Both the position numbers and the translations under genes were made by a program. The notes under the pieces are model-generated. The model was not told the origin of the DNA. It saw only the letters and a program-made list of their open reading frames with translations, and searched no databases. This document shows, in pieces, positions 23,751 through 35,456 of a stretch of 64,000 bases of DNA. Source of the stretch: Rhizophagus irregularis. Taxonomy: Eukaryota. Position 1 is the stretch's first letter. Each line of letters begins with the position of its first letter. The stretch is taken from the NCBI RefSeq assembly GCF_026210795.1, contig NC_089433.1:62001-126000 (forward strand), in the 5' to 3' direction.

Positions 23751-25384
23751 ATGGATAACGACGAAAGTGAGAAATTGTCTAATTATTCGGCCGAAACAAT
23801 AGACGATGATGAACCACTGGATCTGGATATAGATGTGTTACTACAGCATGCTTCCTGTCGTTTAAACAGACCCTGTATTTGCGCTCGTAAATTAACAAGA
23901 GGACTCTATAATGAAATTTATTTGCTACGTTTCGAAACTGGACCGGATTGCATCGCTCGACTCTCACGCGAACTAACTCATCCTGCATCAAAATTTGCTA
24001 GCGAAATTGCGACTATGAAATATGTCGCTCAAAATACTAATATCAGAGTACCGGCGGTATACGATTGGAATGGTACTGCGCAGAATCCCATAAAAAACCC
24101 CTACATTTTTATGGAACGGCTACCTGGACAGCATTTATATCGAGTTTGGTATGAGTTAACTGTTGAACAAAAAAAGTGCGTTTTAAGCCAAATTGTTGAG
24201 ACATTGTTCGAGTTATGGACGAAATGTCGTTTCGAAGAGATCGGTTGTCTTTACATGGATGAACAATCTTTAAGTGATTCATTTATAAGCGTAATAACAT
24301 CTTATTTTCATTTATAATTGAATTGGAACCTTACATACAGCACATAATAATTATTATAATATTCTACCATATAATTAATTCATGTAATAAGTCAGCGACG
24401 TCGACTTTCCGAATAGGACCTGTTGTGAATCCTTTATTTTACTTTGAAGGAAGAGATTCTATTCCTAGTTTCACCGGCCCTTTTAAAAGCTTGCAAGAGT
24501 TTTATGGCGCTTTGATTCAAAAAGAGAAGGAATTCTTCGAAATCCATGGTGCTCAAGAATTACTAGGAAAAAAAATAGATTACGGAATGGCAGTAACTAG
24601 AGTGAAAAATCTAGTAAAGCAATTAGACTTACTTCAATCCAAGCTATCTAATATTTTTGATGAATCAGCAGATCAAAAACCCTTTACTCTTGTCCACAGT
24701 GATTTCGATGCACAGAATATGCTTGTTGAACGTTCCTCAACTAATGATATCAAAATTATAGGTATTATTGATTGGGAGTTTTCACGTACAGGTACTTTAT
24801 GGGATCTATGCAAATATCCAATTTGGATCCAAGAAAGAGATGAGCTGTCCACCAGTGATACAAATTTGCAGGAGAATCATGAAAGACAAAATCTAAGAGA
24901 CTTTTTTTACGATGAGATGATAGTAAAATTGGGGAACAGAGTTGGACAGATGCTGAAAATGAAAGAACAAGATAAGAGAATTGATGAATTAGAAAATATG
25001 TTTACTTTTATGATTCATAAGTTCGATACTTTAGAGGGCTTATTAGAACATTTCTTTCATCATTATGGGTCAGAAGCAAAAGCCAATATTAAACTTGCTG
25101 ACCCTATCATGCGTTTATTTTGGGGTCCAAATCTTACCAAAGTTCAAATTCCATCTGAAAGAATTATCAATTCATATTTGTTATCAGTAGATAAATTATC
25201 AGACACAGAAGTAAAGGTTCCTAATCACTACGTTGCATCAGTATATTGTGAACTTAAATCTAGAGATTATAATTTTTCTTGGCAACAAGCTTCTGTTATA
25301 GCATTTCACATGAGGAATAATGAATTAAGTCTAAAGAAAAATTCGGCTAACAAGATTATTTCCCTTTCGAAAATTGAAACATAG
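23751..25384 (+). CDS. Aminoglycoside phosphotransferase/choline kinase-like protein (2 exons)
   Basis: RGLYNEIY, CIARL, SEIATMKYV, VPAVYDW, YIFMERLPG, HSDFDAQNMLV, IIDWE. Phase-0 intron at ~24291-24391. Confidence 0.88.
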
Positions 25385-25790
25385 AGCATTAGAAATTAGA
25401 GGTCATTTTATATATGAAGTTTTTAAAAACGTGATTTTTTTAAGGAATTTTACTTACAAATATTTAGCAATACCTAATGTATTTTTTGAATAATATAGCA
25501 ATATAATGTATTATGCAATCATGTTGTGATTCTACTTTTTGTATTGCGCTGAACTCTGTTGCTAGCTACTATCAGAAAAATTAACTGAACACTAAAATTT
25601 TTCATTACCCCTTCACACGTTTAAAAAATTTAAAGTGAAATCTTTATTATATTTTTTTGTAAAGTAATACATGAGAAAGGGCTGGCCGGTTAAGAAAAAA
25701 TGAAAGTAAAAATGATAGAGTAGCAGGATGTTTCAAGGGAGGAAAGGCATAAAAGAACATGCCTGCTTGATAAGCCTGCCGAGCCCTAAC

Positions 25791-26684
25791 TCAAAATATA
25801 CTGGCAGTTCCTTCCCCGCTACTCCGCATTATTATTTGCACTACTCGCATTATTGTTATTATTTGCACTACTACTAACCTCTCTTTACTATCTACCCATC
25901 TCATAATTGATATTACTATTCTAAACTTTGGATCTCCTCCACCATAATAAACATTTTTTACAGTTTCTTTCCCAATCTTTTCCCCAGTAAGTTGACGAAT
26001 TTTACATCTAACTGTTTCAAACGCATAATCTAAAGTTTCCCCTTCTTCCTTATTCGAATCAAAAACTCGCTTAAAACGGTTCCTATTTTCTTCAAGGGAT
26101 AAATCAGATAATCGACTAGAAGAACTTTCACTACTAGAGGAATGGTTGGCCACACTCAGTTGATCAAAATCGACCTGAAGCCTTTGGGCAATTGCATAAT
26201 GTTGGATCATTTCATTTTGGAGAGCTTCAATAGAGGTCTTGATCGAAGTGAATTCAGATAAAATGTTGCCAAAATCATTATGGCAAGCTTCTTCAATATT
26301 ATTGAACCATCGATAAAATTTTCTGCGCCTCAGCATCACATGAATTGATCTTTTTGATTTCTGTGGTAAGTTTATTATTATTTTTGCCGAGCTCCGCAGT
26401 GAAAGAAGAATTAAGACGCGCGGAAAGTTCATTGGTGATTTTAGTATTAATTTCTGTGGTAAGTTTACTGAAGATGCTTTCGATTTCCGATGTATTATTT
26501 TTTGTATCAAGATCATTGACGATTCTAGTGACATGTGCGGAAAGTTCATCGGAAATTTTTGTTTGAGATTTGATCACATGGTAGCGATCCCCATGATTAA
26601 CACTGGACCAATGAACAAAAAAACAGCGGTTAAGGTCAAAAAAGGCATGACTCCCGAAGAGTTGAGCAATGATAAACTGGACAT
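25791..26684 (-). pseudogene. Hypothetical gene: hydrophobic N-terminus, coiled coil, C-terminal HTH-like domain; frameshifted
   Basis: Three frames can be joined: PFLTLTAVFLFIGPVLIMG / SDELSAHVTRIVNDLDTK / NNIEEAC..IRQLTGEKIGKETVKNVYYGGGDPKFRIVISIMRWV. Confidence 0.45.
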
Positions 26685-28551
26685 GATTAGGCATAGTAAT
26701 TTTATTAAGAGATTTTATTGGTGGATCAAGTTTTTTAGATATACTTTTTTTAATATGCAATCTCTTGCGTAAATGTGCTGGGAAAAAGGTTTATTTTATA
26801 CTGTATGCTTACTACGCGCGAAAAGAGAATTTAACCCGATTTAAATAGATCAAATAAAAAATTACGTTGCTTCATTATGTGTACTTGTCATTATTACATT
26901 TTTTCATAATTATATTTTTTCCACCTAAAGCAATAAAATGACGGCCTGGATCCCATCTAATAATAACAAATGTCTCTCCCCTGAATTGTAATAATAGCGC
27001 TTAAAAGAAAATCTGAAGAATTACAGTTTTATGACAACTTAATGTGACACTAATGGAGCAATGCTATGTAGCGCCTTACGGCAAATTTTCCGTTTATTTC
27101 TAAGATCTCTTGCGAAACAGAAGATCGCATGTGGTGCATCTTTGTTTGAGTTCACAACCCCTATTTCAATTGTAATCATTGTAATCACAAAAAAGGAACA
27201 TAAAATGAAATGGATCGAGGTCTGTAGATGACGAATCGCACATGTATAACTAATTCCTATTCAAAAATGGATTAATGATTAACCAATACACGTAATTTGA
27301 ATGCGCTAACGTCGGTAGTATAATAAAAATTTACCGTTTATCTGAGGATCTGTAAATTCTAGATTCTGATCGCTCTATTTCCATTTTTGAATTTCTTTTT
27401 AACAATGCCCTGTCTTACGATCTGCATGTAAATCAGGATGTGTTTTTTTATTAGTAATTCAGAACTGCGTAATGAGTGAGATAGAACATACCAGAACTCT
27501 GGGGAAAGTTCATCACTATAGCAACACAAAAATATTGCTCTTGGCCGGGGTTATTAATAGATCCTCTAAAAATAACGACTGCGGATGCTCTATCCCATCC
27601 TGTGAAAAGTTTAAATCTTTTCGAATATGATGAACTCGGGTTTGATCTAATAAACAATGTGAAGATTCAATAAATCAAACTCGCCCACATGATTCAAAAA
27701 GAAACATTTTATGTTAGCGATGAATTTATTATATTTATATTATGTTTAAATAATAAAAAACTGTGATTTTGCCAAGGAAAAATTTTTATTAATATGTACG
27801 AAAAATAAATATAAAAGTTCGGGACGTATGACAATTTTCTATAAAATTCTAATACTATGACTCATTATGATTTATTAGTTCCATTTATTATGCCCATCTT
27901 TGAATAACAACTATTTCTTATTCACATAATGAATTTTTATTGATATAATCATTTTATTGATACAATAGTTTTATTGATACAATGATAAATTATTTATAAC
28001 TAAACTAATAATAACTAAACTAAATATAACTAATTTAAATATAACTAATCTAAATATAAATAACTATAAATAACTAAACTATAAATAAATAATTATAAAT
28101 AAATATTGTATAATTATAACATCATATTCTTCAATTATTTCAGTTAAATATTCTTCTATCGGTTAAATATTTATTTTTCGGCTAATTGTTTATCTATATT
28201 CTGTTCAGTATATTATTCATCTGATCATGTGATTATTCTAATTTTAAAGGTTATAGCAGGATCTGCATCAGTATAAAGTAATGATAGTACTAATCCTTCT
28301 GTTACTTTAGAAATAAAACCTCAGATATCTCCAAAACAGGTTATAAGTCATACTTTTGGTAAATTAGCCCTTTTAATTTTTAGGGCTCAAAAAATCATTT
28401 TTTGTAAATATCTCAGCATCTAGTGGTTAGTGCTCCTAACAGATCAGATCAGATCAAATCAGATTTTACTTAGATTTAATCTGATCTGAAATTAATTAAA
28501 TTTGATTTGATTTGATCTGATCTGAATCAGATTGGTTTAAATTTAATTTAA

Positions 28552-29155
28552 TTGCCGGTCCGCCACTTAACAGTACAAAATGATCGGCAATCTATAATTA
28601 ATTTCGACGGACTTTTATATATTAAATACTATTGCTCTGGAATGGTGTTTGCACTATCTTAAAAACATGTCACAACAACATAAATACTTCAAAAATTTGC
28701 TAGAAAAAGGTATTACATTACCTGGGTGTGTTTTCCAAAACCGGTAGGATCAAGGTGTGCCAAAAAAAAACTAAAAAATAAAAATAAAAATATATATTTT
28801 TTTTTTTGTTATTTTGTTAATTTGGTAAAAAAATAATATATATTTTTCAATAGTGTAAAAAAAAACCTCGTAAAATTTGCAAAATTCGTGTATAAAAAAT
28901 CTTATCTTAGCTAAAATATAAGGTGGAATGATGACTTCCTCCAAGGTAAACTTGTTAAATTCTATATCGAACGATAAAAAAATTTTTTTTGTGGCTTATT
29001 CACGTTTAATGTTATTGATTGGTGAGTCATCGTTACATTTAAACGTGACCTTGTGGGACAAAATCGACATCAAAATATGCCAATTAACGTAATTCATATA
29101 AAATCTGCGCCAGATCTACAAATTAATTTTGTACCGTTGAGTGACGGACTGGCAA
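28552..29155. mobile_element. MITE with TTGCC termini
   Basis: ~29-bp TIR TTGCCGGTCCGCCACTTAACAGTACAAAA / TTTTGTACCGTTGAGTGACGGACTGGCAA in a TTAA context; interrupts the ATCTG repeats. Confidence 0.75.
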
Positions 29156-29778
29156 TTAAATCTGATCTGATCTGAATCTGATCTGATCTGATTTGAATTT
29201 GATTTGAATCTGAATAAATATGTTATAAATTCTAAAGCTATGTAATTCAACCAGAATTATGCACTTAACTCCGGCAGGAATTATTGAATTTCCTAAAAAG
29301 GAAATTTAGGTTACACAAAATTCCAAATTGGCTCCTATAAAAATCAATTTTTGTGGAAGGGCTATCGCTAAAAAAGGAAATGATCGACATATCCATTTTG
29401 GCTGGAGTTTAAAATTATGAATTAATTCCAGCTGGCAGTAAATGTAAATCAAGAAATATAATAATGCTGATGCTTAACATTTTGTTAAATAACTCATCAG
29501 GCATTACACTGGTCAAAAACCAGGCAAACGTGGCATAGTAGCCTTTATCTTTATTAAATTTATTCGAACTTTGACAATTTACAAAAATAAAAAGAAAAAT
29601 ATAAAAATAAAACTAACTAAAAACAAAGCTATATAGTCTCCTAAGAAAAAATAAAGTAAAAAATTAATCTAAAAAAAGAAAAATCGCATTACACTAAATT
29701 TCCCCAGATCTTCCCCCTTGATATATTCCAACCAAAGTAGAAGCAACTATGCTAACAAAATAACGAATAGCGCGCCCA

Positions 29779-32700
29779 CTATAAAAATCGACACTCCATC
29801 CTGCAAAAGCTGTTATTAAGTAGCACCGTTAGACGACCCATAAAACCCGAAAAGTGATTAAACCAAGGCAAACCATATTTCATCGAGTTCTTCAACCAAT
29901 CGGTTCCGGAGTCACGTGAATCGTGTAGGGTCGGAGGTGGTAAAGATGAGTAAGGTATGTACGTTGACAATGGCAGATTGGATGGCTTCGGAGTAGTTTT
30001 CAACTTATAGGTAATGTTCATCGCGTTTTCCCATTTACTTTTCTCATAAGAACGCGGATTCCAGATTCGTCTTCTGAATTTCTGGACAAAATTGTTATGA
30101 ATAGCAGCGATAACTTTAATCGCAGAAGTTCTTGGAATGGATAAATCAACAAATAAGTCGATGAAGAGTTTGGGTAAGCAACCACGGATAAGGGCGAAGG
30201 AGGACCAATTTGTAGAAGAAAAGGACCAGCATGAAAGAGAAGTAAGTTTAGCTATAAATGGAGTAGGATCAGTATCAACCAAATTACTCGCTTCCAGAAG
30301 TTTGGAAATCAAATGATTTTGATAAGATTGGAGAATTTGCTGCATAGGCAGACGTCGTCTTTTGCACATAAAAAGGTGCATCAGGTCTTCCATGCGGTCG
30401 ATACAAGAACGGCACGTTAATTCGTCCATGTATAAGTCTGGTCGGGTCCGTTTAAGCTTTTCCAGTGTAGGCAAATCATCCAAGAAAAGTTTGAATTTAA
30501 AGGTTAGGTGTCTTGAAGCGTGCTCGGGAGTAAAGGATGCATCATGAGAGGGCTTAAAATTTAAAGTGAACCAAGTAAGTTCCCAGTCAACAATATAATC
30601 TATATTAGTTGATAATAAAGAAATAAAGTGAAATCGCGTTAAGTTTAACAAATCGCGCATTAACTGCGTTTGATAATATTGTTTTAGAAGGTGTCGCGGA
30701 TTAAATTCACAAACAACATCATTGTCATAAATTAAGACAAAATCATGGGCAGAGGCCAGGTCCATTCCAGAGATCAAAATACTGGATGACGCGGTATGAG
30801 CAGTATTGGCCAAAGAGTCAGCAAAATCGTTTAAGTAATTGCCAGAATGAGCTTTAACTTTGACGGGAAGGACAGTCAAATTTTTTGAGAGGATAGTTCG
30901 CTCGATAATAGCCCAAAGTTCAAAATTTGTAGTTTTATAGTACAAACGACTATTTGAGTAGATAGAGGAAAAACAACTTTGAAGACCATCAATGGCAGTT
31001 TGCGAGTCAGTATAAATAGTAACTTCAGAGTCGCGTGGAGAAATAGTTAAAACTGCATAAATAGCTGCAGCCTCAGCTCGAGAAGAAGAGGGATTATCTC
31101 GTATGAGGCCGTGAGCATAAGTGGCGATAGAGTTAGAAAAACCTGCATCAGGGACTATTTGCATCCAAGACCAGCCCATAGAGACATCGGGAGTGCCTAA
31201 ATTAATAAGAGACCCATCAGTGAAAAAGATATAGCGCGAATCCGAGGAAACGACCAGCGGGGAATTTGCAAAGACAGCAGCAGCCGAGGATTCAATAGTG
31301 ACAGGAGTATCAGGGGCTATAGCGGTATCTGCAGAAGAAGAAACGGAATCAAAATCCAATCTACTATAATAAAGACGGACACCATCTTCTATATCAGCCC
31401 AGGTAAAAGATGAAGTCACTTCAGAGGTAGTACGTCTAATTCGTTCATTAGTAGTGGGCAAAATAAGCGAATGTTGTAAAGAGACCGTAGGCGTACAAAG
31501 GGTTAAATCAGCATTCCGTTTTTTGGAAGGAGGCAAAGGAGTATGAGCAGCGCAACCAGGGCAAGGTGAAAGTCTAATAAGATCACCAGGCGAAGATTCA
31601 CAATCAGGAGAAATCCAGTGAACAATAGAACAAGTACCACGACTTGCTTGGACTAAAAGTTGTTTGCCAAAAATGGGAGAACCATAATCGTCCAACGTGA
31701 CAATCCAATTTTTTGTAGTAGGAGAAGAAGATGAACAAGGAGTCAAATCATAAAAGAAAGAGTCAATCGTAGGCGTAAAATTAAACTGATCCAGCAAACG
31801 ATTATTGGAGTCAGGAATAGTGGTAGCTTGTTGAATATCTTGGTACCAATAAGGGATACGGCCAGGGCCACGTCGTCCAACCAAATTGTCATAGTAAGCC
31901 TTCCAGGAAATTAAATGAGTTCCTTGGGGAGTAACAAGCTGAGATAAATAAAACAGTTGTCGTTTACGCAGGATGGGAAAATAAGCTTTAAAGGCTTTAG
32001 GCGTCATGCATTCAAATAAAGGAACGCGTCCATCTATCAAGGACAAATTTGGAAGCTTCGATAATTGAGTGTGAAGCAACCGAAAAGGAGTAGAAGACAA
32101 GAGAGCAATAGTGCATGCGATATAATCTTTCTTGAAAGAAAATAGAGAAGACCATATAGACCAATCTTTAATTAAAAGGGGAGAAATAGGAATCAAAAAA
32201 TTATATTGAATTAAACTCAATCTATAAATAAAAAGAGATTGAATAAAAACAGAAGAAGAATTAGCCATTAAAAATAAATTAGTAATATGACATTGTCGTT
32301 GATGAGCAAACAAATTAATCAAGCCCAAGGCTTGAGATAAAAATAGAATGGGATTGGGTAAAGAACGGGAAAAATTTGCTTTGTGCTTTACAACAGATCG
32401 TATACTTCTCGTTATTAGGTGGCAGTCAGATTCAGACAAGTGAGTAACTTGCATCCGGTATTCAAGTTTCGGTATAAGGACAGCATTATGTAAATAAACA
32501 ACTTGTTTGGATGAGAGCTTTGCAGGGCGGATGGTTGCAGCGAAGGAGCAGCATTCACGTTTGAGTTGTTTCTTGACAAAATCCCGGGAGCATTTAATGT
32601 TAAACCAGACACCTAAAAATCGAAAAGAAGTTGTCATGGGAATTGGGGTAATAGTAATAGAAGGAACACTATTTAAAGAGGATAAATCCAAATTAAAAGT

Positions 32701-35406
32701 AATAGGGGATAAAGTGGAATTCGAAGTCAAAGGCAACGAATTAGTAATTAACACATATTTGTTATGATTGGCAGAAGTGTTATTAATATGGTAAAATTCT
32801 TCTGTAATGGATAACATAAATTCCATGCCAGCTTTTGACGAGGAAATAAGAGTGGAGTCATCCATAAATACTAAATTATTAATCTTCAAATCAGGAGAAG
32901 AATTTGGAGAATCGATCAAAGATGATGTAGAAAGAACATAAGGGTCTATCATTTCATTTTTCAAAACAGTAAGTAAGGGATCAATATAAATAACCCATAA
33001 AAGAGGAGAGATAACTTCGCCTTGGTCAATACCAATGCGAACCCTATAAGCAGGCGTAGATCCATGAGCAGTGAAAACGCGATTAGTGCGTTTCATGAAA
33101 AGCGATAAGATAAACTTAACAGCAGAAGCAGGAAGACGTATTCGCTCTAAAGCAAAACGTAACATTGTCAGATCAACCGAGTCAAAAGCTTTAGAGATAT
33201 CTTGGGAAAGAACCCAAAGCGGGTTTTTGTTGATATCAGCATCATGGATAATAAATTCTAGAGTAATGATAGGGTCGTGGCAAGAACCACCAGGAAGACC
33301 AGCGAAGTTACCACCTTTTAGAACATCATGTGAAGCCATAATGGTAGAAAGGCGATTATAAAAAAGTTTGACAAGAGATTTTCTAATCACTTCAAGTAGG
33401 GTAATAGGGCGAGTATTTTTTAATTGACACTTCCATTCGTGAGGTTTGGGGATGGGAAAAACCATTGCTTGTCGCCATAAGTCAGGAATATCAGCTTTGG
33501 AAAGGCATGCTTGAATCAAAATGAGGAGTAAAGCCGAGGTACGAGATCCGAGATGCTTGAGCATTTCATAGGTAATCATGGAAGGACCAGAGGCTTTACC
33601 GTTAGGAGTAGAAGAAATGGTGGATAACCATTCATCAAGGGTAGGGGGATTCATTAAAGAATCATAGATGGAGGAGGACACATCATCCATAGGTTGATAG
33701 GCAGAAGACCATCTATCAGGTAGTGTATCAATAGATACAGGAGGAGTGGACTTTATAGGTACAAAGTTTTGGAAATGGTTAACAACAGCGTCATCTATGT
33801 CCTTAGGAGCAGTTAACAACTGAGGTTGAGAAGGATGGTCGATGAAGACACGGTCCAAAGTGATACGGCGACGGGTGCGAGAAAGCGCTGAATCAATAAA
33901 GGAGGAAAGGTCAGTTTCAAAATTATTATTCCTATCGTCCAAGTGAGCACGGATGGAGGAGTCTTGAAATTCTTTTTCTTGAAGTAAATGAAATCCCCGT
34001 AAGGATTTTGAAATATTGAATAAATCATCAAGAAGTGACTTGAAATTATCTTGTCGACACGATGAAAGAGAAAAAGGCAGAGTAGGAATGAAAGTAAGAA
34101 CTTTCTTATATAATTGAAGAATGTTTTGAAGTCGATGCAAATGTATAGACCACTTATGTTCATGAGCAACAGAATAAGTTAAAGGATATTTGCGCAATAG
34201 ACGTATCGAATGCATTAGGCGATTTAAAAACCGATAATTTTGAGTTAAAATTTCCAGATCTTTAGGAACCTTAGGAGTATAATTATTGCCAACAGTAGAA
34301 GAAGGTAAAGTAGCGTTGGCGGATTTAAGGATTCGCGAATGAAGATATTCGCACATCTGATTGATATGCCAGGAGGAAAAGGTTGATGGTGAAACATCAC
34401 ATAAGGCATCAGCTTTGTCAGCAAATTCCGTCCATTGAGTATCAGTTACAGAATCAAATTTGAAAACGCGACGGGTTTGGCGCTTAAGTTGACGAGCGCG
34501 AGCCAATTTGGTAGAGGCAAAAAGTAAAGACATATCATAATATGTGATGACAGGGTTGTGATCAGATGTGCAGATGTCTTGAGCATTAAAAATACAAGCA
34601 GTAAGAGCAAATCCTTTGAGAAGAGGGCAGGACCATACATAATCAACACGAGTAATGTGGTTATTGCGTTGAAAGGTACCTAAAGAGCCGGAAAGATTAA
34701 TGGGTGTAAAATCTTCATAACCATGAGAAAGGAGATGAAAAAGTAATCGGTGTATATGTTTTGAAGCAATTTGAGGTTGATTAAAATAAATAGGATAATA
34801 TTTATCTAAATGCATATTAAAATCACCACAAACAGCATGATAAAAACCAGCTTGTTTAGTAAGGATAAGTTGTTGAATGAGCAAATCAATAGTGTCAGTG
34901 CGCAGAACACTTTCAGCAGGGGGAGGGATATAAATAACAAATATACGCAATTTAACATTGCCTTTGAAATATAAATCAACAGAAAGCAGTCGTGAAGAAT
35001 GGGATTTGAAATCTTGTACATGTGATGCAAGAGAATTTTCTATAAATAGGGAAACACCACCAGAAGAAAGAATTTGTTTAGAAGTATCCAAATGCGAAGA
35101 AAACACAGTATAATTAGAAAGTCGTTTGGATAAAAACTTCATTTGTTTAGGGTGGATATGAGTATCAACAATACCGCCAAAGGAAATATGTTTTAGAGAA
35201 AAGAAGGTAGAAATCTCTTCTAATTTAGTCTGACCATGCATTTTAAGGCCATTAACATTAAAAGAGGAAATATTAAATGAATTGGGGATAGGAGAAGTGT
35301 TACTAGGAGAAGAAAATAATGATTCATGTGAAAAAAGTTCAGTAACATTATCGGGGTTGGGAGGGTTTTGTACAAAGGTGTCATAATTAAAATTATTGTC
35401 CGACAT
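29779..35406 (-). CDS. LINE ORF2, 1875 aa: AP endonuclease, reverse transcriptase, RNase H, CCHC finger
   Basis: APE: SFNVNG, GDFN, RVDY, SDH. RT: RPITLL, QDISKAFDSV, GIDQGEVISP, FMDD, FLGV. RNase H: FTDGS, RAE, TDSQ, KAHSG, NDFAD. C-x2-C-x8-H-x3-C. Uninterrupted. Confidence 0.96.
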   Translation of the reverse strand: MSDNNFNYDTFVQNPPNPDNVTELFSHESLFSSPSNTSPIPNSFNISSFNVNGLKMHGQTKLEEISTFFSLKHISFGGIVDTHIHPKQMKFLSKRLSNYTVFSSHLDTSKQILSSGGVSLFIENSLASHVQDFKSHSSRLLSVDLYFKGNVKLRIFVIYIPPPAESVLRTDTIDLLIQQLILTKQAGFYHAVCGDFNMHLDKYYPIYFNQPQIASKHIHRLLFHLLSHGYEDFTPINLSGSLGTFQRNNHITRVDYVWSCPLLKGFALTACIFNAQDICTSDHNPVITYYDMSLLFASTKLARARQLKRQTRRVFKFDSVTDTQWTEFADKADALCDVSPSTFSSWHINQMCEYLHSRILKSANATLPSSTVGNNYTPKVPKDLEILTQNYRFLNRLMHSIRLLRKYPLTYSVAHEHKWSIHLHRLQNILQLYKKVLTFIPTLPFSLSSCRQDNFKSLLDDLFNISKSLRGFHLLQEKEFQDSSIRAHLDDRNNNFETDLSSFIDSALSRTRRRITLDRVFIDHPSQPQLLTAPKDIDDAVVNHFQNFVPIKSTPPVSIDTLPDRWSSAYQPMDDVSSSIYDSLMNPPTLDEWLSTISSTPNGKASGPSMITYEMLKHLGSRTSALLLILIQACLSKADIPDLWRQAMVFPIPKPHEWKCQLKNTRPITLLEVIRKSLVKLFYNRLSTIMASHDVLKGGNFAGLPGGSCHDPIITLEFIIHDADINKNPLWVLSQDISKAFDSVDLTMLRFALERIRLPASAVKFILSLFMKRTNRVFTAHGSTPAYRVRIGIDQGEVISPLLWVIYIDPLLTVLKNEMIDPYVLSTSSLIDSPNSSPDLKINNLVFMDDSTLISSSKAGMEFMLSITEEFYHINNTSANHNKYVLITNSLPLTSNSTLSPITFNLDLSSLNSVPSITITPIPMTTSFRFLGVWFNIKCSRDFVKKQLKRECCSFAATIRPAKLSSKQVVYLHNAVLIPKLEYRMQVTHLSESDCHLITRSIRSVVKHKANFSRSLPNPILFLSQALGLINLFAHQRQCHITNLFLMANSSSVFIQSLFIYRLSLIQYNFLIPISPLLIKDWSIWSSLFSFKKDYIACTIALLSSTPFRLLHTQLSKLPNLSLIDGRVPLFECMTPKAFKAYFPILRKRQLFYLSQLVTPQGTHLISWKAYYDNLVGRRGPGRIPYWYQDIQQATTIPDSNNRLLDQFNFTPTIDSFFYDLTPCSSSSPTTKNWIVTLDDYGSPIFGKQLLVQASRGTCSIVHWISPDCESSPGDLIRLSPCPGCAAHTPLPPSKKRNADLTLCTPTVSLQHSLILPTTNERIRRTTSEVTSSFTWADIEDGVRLYYSRLDFDSVSSSADTAIAPDTPVTIESSAAAVFANSPLVVSSDSRYIFFTDGSLINLGTPDVSMGWSWMQIVPDAGFSNSIATYAHGLIRDNPSSSRAEAAAIYAVLTISPRDSEVTIYTDSQTAIDGLQSCFSSIYSNSRLYYKTTNFELWAIIERTILSKNLTVLPVKVKAHSGNYLNDFADSLANTAHTASSSILISGMDLASAHDFVLIYDNDVVCEFNPRHLLKQYYQTQLMRDLLNLTRFHFISLLSTNIDYIVDWELTWFTLNFKPSHDASFTPEHASRHLTFKFKLFLDDLPTLEKLKRTRPDLYMDELTCRSCIDRMEDLMHLFMCKRRRLPMQQILQSYQNHLISKLLEASNLVDTDPTPFIAKLTSLSCWSFSSTNWSSFALIRGCLPKLFIDLFVDLSIPRTSAIKVIAAIHNNFVQKFRRRIWNPRSYEKSKWENAMNITYKLKTTPKPSNLPLSTYIPYSSLPPPTLHDSRDSGTDWLKNSMKYGLPWFNHFSGFMGRLTVLLNNSFCRMECRFL

Positions 35407-35456
35407 TAAAACACAATGATAAAAACAGTCGGGGAGATAAGATTTGAAGAAGAAAA

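Noticed and set aside
26800..28300. Possible genes or ncRNA in this intergenic stretch
   Set aside because: Only a short TTG-start ORF and AT-rich low-complexity sequence; no supportable structure.
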